A DNA stretch of 14,083 nucleotides, filler included, from Elsinoe ampelina (taxonomy: Eukaryota), in assembly GCA_010093995.1 (NCBI GenBank). It is 11 parts of 11 records of this genome, joined end to end, with 100 filler letters (N's around TTAATTAATTAA, not from the genome) between each part and the next. Parts side by side here need not be neighbours in the genome. Positions count along the whole stretch, not along the records: positions 8,170 to 9,358 come from ML992656.1; positions 9,459 to 10,572 come from ML992658.1; positions 10,673 to 11,762 come from ML992659.1; positions 11,863 to 12,932 come from ML992660.1; positions 13,033 to 14,083 come from ML992661.1; 6 more parts are not named here. One strand, written 5' to 3'. Below are positions 9,156 to 14,083 of the stretch, piece after piece. A program made the translations under genes and the position numbers. The notes under the pieces are model-generated. The model saw only the letters and a program-made list of their open reading frames with translations, did not search any database and had not been told where the DNA came from. Each line of letters begins with the position of its first letter. Within the stretch, counting starts at the first letter, position 1.

Positions 9156-9358
9156 TACCTGGTTGATTCTGCCAGTAGTCATATGCTTGTCTCAAAGATT
9201 AAGCCATGCATGTCTAAGTATAAGCAACTATACGGTGAAACTGCGAATGGCTCATTAAATCAGTTATCGTTTATTTGATAGTACCTTACTACATGGATAA
9301 CCGTGGTAATTCTAGAGCTAATACATGCTAAAAACCCCGACTTCGGAAGGGGTGTATT
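9156..9358 (+). rRNA. 18S small subunit rRNA, 5' partial (about 203 nt)
   Basis: Begins TACCTGGTTGATTCTGCCAGTAGTCATATGCTTGTCTCAAAGATTAAGCCATGCATGTCTAAG, the conserved eukaryotic SSU 5' end including the NS1 primer site. Truncated by the contig end. Confidence 0.99.
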
Positions 9359-9458
9359 NNNNNNNNNNNNNNNNNNNNNNNNNNNNNNNNNNNNNNNNNN
9401 NNTTAATTAATTAANNNNNNNNNNNNNNNNNNNNNNNNNNNNNNNNNNNNNNNNNNNN

Positions 9459-10572
9459 GAAGACTAGTTATTAAGCTTAATAGACTTAACTAGAGAGAAT
9501 AGTTCTACTAGATAGAAATGTACCTTATAAGTAAGAATACCTTCTAGACTATTTATAGTTAGACTACCCCTTTAGTAATACTATTATCTAATAATACCTC
9601 TAGCTCCTTTTTAGTCCTACCTATTAAGTTAAAGAACTAGTAAAAGGCTAATATAACTACTAAGTACTAGGTTATCTAGTATATCTTATAAGATAATAAA
9701 GAGTTACTATATAAGAAAGAGCTTATATTAGAGTATTAGAGATTACTTAAGTCTAAGTACAAAACAAACCTTAAGATAAGCGTAAGAGAGCTAGTTATCT
9801 AATTTATAAACTATAAGATAGATAAGTAGAACACTATTAATAAAGCTTAGTCCTACCTTACTAGCCTAGGAAGATAGATAGCTATTATCTACCTAGATAA
9901 GAGTTATTAGAAGGTAGTAGAGAGATTATAGTAGCTTCTCTCTTCTCTTTCTAATAACTATAGGTTTATAAGGTAAGTAATTAAAGTAAGAGAATTAACT
10001 AATATAGATAAGGTTCTTCTTATTCTTAAGGAGAAAGAGAGATACCTTAGTAAGTATAAAATTGCTATATTTACTAGAGGGAGACTAAATTAAGAACCTA
10101 GTAGAAGTATAAGCTATATATATATCTTCTACTTATAGGCTAGTTACACTATAACTAGATACTCTTAACTTTAAAGAGTATAAAGGTATATTTAGCCTTC
10201 TTATAGAATTACTAAGAGCCTACTAAGAAGAAGAAGATTTCTATTAGCTTCTAATAATCTAATTACTCTTATTAGGTATCTTACTAAGAAGGTTAACAGA
10301 TTAGAAGCAGTATTTAAGTTAAAGAAAAGTAAAGCCTTTACTACTACTAAAGGCTAGTCTAAACCTTTCTCTTTAATCTTAACTCTACTACCTAAAGTTC
10401 TATTAGGTAAAGAGAAACTTAAGACTATAAGCTTTATATTAGAAATATAAGGTAAGCTTTTATATTATTAGTAGATGCTTAACTCTAGAGTATCTAACTA
10501 TATAATAGATAAGCTAACTCTCTTTAGAGGCCTATTAAGCAAGATATATACTTAATAGATCTAGGTTAGAGA
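9459..10572 (+). mobile_element. Ty1/copia LTR retrotransposon fragment: gag, CCHC knuckle and protease in one frame; RIP-inactivated
   Basis: Frame from 9461 de-RIPs to KLDGLNWREWFHQMEMYL..WQKADATAKYW..WRLLKSKY..FVNYKM..IDEAWSHL..LLSSLPDDY..ILKEKE. The knuckle YIFYL*ASYTITRY (Cx2Cx4Hx4C) is at 10121-10162. *MLNSRVSNYI at 10472-10504 corresponds to the copia protease motif WMLDSGASNHM. Confidence 0.9.
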
Positions 10573-10672
10573 NNNNNNNNNNNNNNNNNNNNNNNNNNNN
10601 NNNNNNNNNNNNNNNNTTAATTAATTAANNNNNNNNNNNNNNNNNNNNNNNNNNNNNNNNNNNNNNNNNNNN

Positions 10673-11762
10673 TAAAGTAAACTTCTATAGCCTCGCTAGA
10701 ATCTTATAAATGTAATATATATAGTTCTCTCTTAAATTACTATAGATAAGAATATTATTAAGGTAGATAATATAGATAGTATTAACTAGCCTACCTAGCG
10801 CCTTATTAATATATACTTAGAAGATAGCTAGGGTGTTAGTTAATCTAAAAGGTATAACTAAGTACTTAAAATAGCTATAGCGTATATAGAATATAGTCTT
10901 CTACTCGTCGCTACGCTTAATAGGGATCCTATAGTAGGTATCCTTTAGATCTAACTTCGAGAACTACTAAGCTTACTTAAGCTAATTAAGTATCTTGCTA
11001 ATAAGTAGAAGTAAGTAATAATTCTTAATAGTTACCTTATTTAAGCCCTAGTAATCTACGTATAAGTATAGAGTACTATCCTTTTTAAGTATAAATAAGA
11101 TAGAAGTACCTACCTTACTTATAGAGTACTAGATCTACCTATTTAATTTAGTAGTCTCGAGATAGTCCTTAAGTACTTCTAGCTTATTAACTAAAAGGTT
11201 ATATAAGGGCTAGAATAGAGGTCTTTTACTAGGCTCTAGCTTAATTATATACTCGGCACCTAGTAGGCGTAGTAATTTAGTAATATCCTTATAGATAAAG
11301 ATATTAAAGAACTCCGCGAACTCTAATAGTAAAGCTAGGTTACCTACGGTATAGGTATAGTCCTTAGACGGAGTCTATACTATAGCGTATACTCTTAGCT
11401 CGTTCTAGAGGTCCTTTATAAAGTCTTCTAGTTCGCGTAGGTAAACTATATATAAGAAGTAGCTATATAACTAGTTATCTATAGCGCTATCTATAATTAT
11501 ATATTATCTTCTCTACTATAGACGCTCTAAAATAACTAGAGGGCCTAGTCCTAAGTCTATAGCGTAGAAGAGGCTAATTATCTCCCTAAGGTTACTATAG
11601 GAGTCTACTAGATATACGCGAAGATAGTATATACTATAGTAGAATCTAGCTTACTCTATAAAGGAAGATATACTTAGGTACTAAGTATACTTAACTCTTA
11701 GTAGATTATAGTAAAGAGTAAATACCTAAGATATAAGATTAACTTCTATATAATTATCTATA
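10673..11762 (-). mobile_element. Ty3/gypsy protease plus reverse transcriptase fragment (family A); RIP-inactivated
   Basis: Minus strand reads [33 protein letters not shown] ([34 protein letters not shown]), FSKLDLKDTYYRI, DE*KTIF and VIPFRLTNTLAIF* (MPFGLTNAPAIFQ). YLNNILIYS corresponds to YLDD at 10765-10754. Confidence 0.96.
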
Positions 11763-11862
11763 NNNNNNNNNNNNNNNNNNNNNNNNNNNNNNNNNNNNNN
11801 NNNNNNTTAATTAATTAANNNNNNNNNNNNNNNNNNNNNNNNNNNNNNNNNNNNNNNNNNNN

Positions 11863-12096
11863 ACCCTTTAGCAAGTAAGAACTATACGTCTACTAGTTTT
11901 AATTTGGCTATCTAATAATTAACTATAATAGTGACAACCTAATTAGAGTAGTATAGCAACTATTATACCTTTTTTCAGCTTTAATTTATTAGTATTCTCT
12001 ATGGACTTCTAGCTAGCTAAATTTAATAACGAGAGGTTAACGTAGAGTGTAATACGCTAAGCCCGGAGTGGCTCGGTTAAACTCAAAACAACTATA
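11863..12096 (+). repeat. Left arm of a 234-bp inverted repeat (partner 12670-12903); truncated by the contig start
   Basis: Ungapped reverse-complement alignment to 12670-12903 shows 15 mismatches by my count, all transitions. Confidence 0.95.
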
Positions 12097-12669
12097 TTAT
12101 AATACACTAACCTTAATATGCTTATTCGATTAACACTTGTAGAGCATGTTATTAAATTATAGCTATAATATTACGCTATTCGCAGACGCTACGTTTCTCT
12201 CTACGGGATTGCGTTAGTAATACTATAGACATTATTTTATCCTTACTACTGCGATAAGACCTCGTTACTCTATGTAGAGTTAGTTAGAGTTCACGCGCAC
12301 ACGCTAAGTAGTACCTCTACTTAAACATTACCTGTAGCTAGACTAAGGATAGCTAGTGTATAATTCCGTGCCTAATAAATACGCTATTACATCGACCGAC
12401 TATTACTAATTATGTTCGGGACTTAATACTACTTAGTAGAGACATAGTTCTAGACCTATCTACGCGCGTCTCGACGTGTATACTTAACTAAGAGACTATA
12501 TGCGCATTTATAGATACTTTAGGCATAGTATTTGTAGCAGACTAGAAGTAATAACTTCGCACTAGACGAATAGATACTTATATTACTCTAATCCTTATAA
12601 AGCTCCCGGGTCTTATATTACTTAGATTAGATTAGAACTTTACAGTTTATACTAGCCTTATTAGCAAGG

Positions 12670-12914
12670 TACAGTCGTTTTAAGTTTAACCGAGCTACTC
12701 TAGGCTTAACGTGTTATACTCTATATTAACCTCTCGTTATTAAATTTAGCTAGCTAGAAGTCTATAGAGAATACTAATAAATTAAAGCTAAAAAAAGGTA
12801 TAATAGTCGCTATACTACTCTAATTAGGTTGTCACTGTTATAGTTAATTATTAGATAGCCAAATTAAAACTAGTAGACGTATAGTTCTTACTTGCTAAAG
12901 GGTACACCGACTGT
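12670..12914 (-). repeat. Right arm of the inverted repeat, itself bounded by a 7-bp inverted repeat ACAGTCG...CGACTGT; probable non-autonomous DNA transposon or transposon end
   Basis: 12670-12903 is the reverse complement of 11863-12096. ACAGTCG lies at 12671-12677 and CGACTGT at 12908-12914. Inner homology ends exactly at TA-CAGT. Confidence 0.8.
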
Positions 12915-13032
12915 GCTATTTATGCCACTACTNNNNNNNNNNNNNNNNNNNNNNNNNNNNNNNNNNNNNNNNNNNNTTAATTAATTAANNNNNNNNNNNN
13001 NNNNNNNNNNNNNNNNNNNNNNNNNNNNNNNN

Positions 13033-14083
13033 CTTAATCTGTTATTACTTAGGAGTTCTATTAATTTATCTATCTCTTAGTTTATTAGGTTAAGTATTTA
13101 TGTAGTTATAATCTACCTTAGTTTAGTGGATTAGGTAGTAATTAATCCTTTTTCCTCCCCTACATAAGTTAATATAGAAAGCCTATTATAGCTACGAGAG
13201 ATAGCGAACTAAGAGAAGTTTAGTAAAGTATTAATCTTTCTATAGCGAAGATGATTTATATAACTATCGAAATATAGCTTTATATAACAAGCTAACTTCT
13301 AAATGTGCTATCGTACGCTATAACTTGTTCCTTAGAGTATAATAGTAAAATATAGAGGAAGCTATTCGTTCTATAAGATCTAAGTACTTAGACTTTTTAG
13401 AGTACTCTTATCGATAGTCCCTAAGGTCCTTAGGGGCCGTCTCCTTTGTCGAATTTAACTAGTTTTTTGTACTTAATTAGGAAGGTGTAATAGATAACTA
13501 ATTTACGTATCCTTCGATAACTAATAGTTAGTCTTCTAGTAGCGCTTTTAACTAGCTAGACTAACTCGATGGCCTAATAGAGTAAGGTTAGCTTATTAAG
13601 GCTAGTTGTTTACACTTACTCTTATAATTGTATATATAGATAACTAGTCTTTTTGCTAGTCTTAGTAAACGTATAAGTAAAAGCCTTATATAACACCTCT
13701 TAAGAAGCACTTTATCTACCTCCTCTACTATCCCCTCTACTACTCCCTCTACTACTGCAATTATAACCTTAATAGCGCTACTAGCTAGCTAGCTAACCTT
13801 CTAAGCAACCTCTATAGTGTTATCGACGCTAGCGCCGTAGCAATTTAATAGTAGCTAGACTAAAGACATAGTCTCTACATTTCTTAGTTTCTTAGTAAGA
13901 GAGAAGGCTACTAGTAAACAAGCTTAATCTAGCTTTAAAGCTATTACCTTTTAGTAGGCTATACTAATTATTATAGTAGTAATATAGTATATAGAACCTA
14001 GCGATATAATAGAAGAGAAGGTTTATAATAAGTATAGAGCTTTAAAGGGGAATTAGTTAAATTATAAAGCGCTTTACTACTAG
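13033..14083. repeat. Unclassified RIP-mutated repeat; possible plus-strand ORF relic with a Ser/Thr/Pro-rich tract
   Basis: TpA-rich and CpA/TpG-poor. An imperfect tandem repeat with core CCTCTACTA at about 13713-13756 reads STSSTIPSTTPSTT. No recognisable domain. Confidence 0.45.

Noticed and set aside
8114..9278. All ten ORFs in the supplied track
   Set aside because: They overlap each other on both strands in GC-rich rDNA spacer and 18S sequence, are Arg/Gly/Pro/Ala-biased, and two run into N linkers. These are chance ORFs.
6881..10572. Retrotransposons inserted in or targeting rDNA
   Set aside because: The rDNA contig is separated from its neighbours by artificial linkers and was placed by size only.
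1431..11762. Stop-codon reassignment, readthrough or editing to explain in-frame TAG/TAA at conserved Trp/Gln positions
   Set aside because: Sense codons are damaged in the same way (YLDD to YLNN, Cys and His to Tyr, Gly to Ser) and sister copies differ almost only by transitions. RIP explains all of it.
1431..11762. A single full-length or rearranged retroelement spanning the window
   Set aside because: There are three different gag genes, two different RNase H ends, mixed strands, and both gypsy and copia motifs, all on separate contigs.
1375..12988. Regularly spaced TTAATTAATTAA as a CRISPR-like or biological repeat
   Set aside because: It is always centred between two runs of 44 N, so it is a synthetic six-frame stop linker.
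1..14083. Abundant short palindromes (CTAG, TATA, TAGCTA, TTAA) as regulatory sites
   Set aside because: They are expected by-products of CpA, TpG and CpG conversion to TpA. Only the longer, clustered or positionally meaningful ones were kept.

Overview
This window is not contiguous genomic DNA. It is 11 short unplaced contigs (>=1330, 1310, 1296, 1240, 1204, 1189, 1189, 1114, 1090, 1070 and 1051 bp, in descending size order) joined by an artificial 100-nt linker (44 N + TTAATTAATTAA + 44 N). The source is a filamentous ascomycete. Ten contigs are AT-rich, TpA-rich and CpA/TpG-poor, the signature of repeat-induced point mutation (RIP). They have no intact ORFs, but dead reading frames are readable once C>T and G>A changes are reversed by eye. 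They hold pieces of at least two Ty3/gypsy LTR retrotransposon families. One gives gag-protease (1431-2740) overlapping protease-RT (10673-11762), and possibly RNase H-integrase (4237-5476). The other gives RNase H-integrase (2841-4022) overlapping integrase-chromodomain-PPT-LTR (6881-8069), and possibly gag-protease (5577-6780). There is also a Ty1/copia gag-protease piece (9459-10572), a 234-bp inverted repeat pair (11863-12903), and two unclassified RIP-mutated repeats (1-1330, 13033-14083). The one GC-rich contig (8170-9358) is rDNA spacer/5'ETS plus the start of 18S rRNA; all ORFs in the supplied track fall there and are spurious. I see no intact novel system. The best leads are two -1 frameshift signals that survived RIP, a palindromic motif recurring in three retroelement contigs, the inverted-repeat element, and an unclassified Cys/His-motif ORF relic. 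All 'de-RIP' protein sequences are my manual reconstructions.
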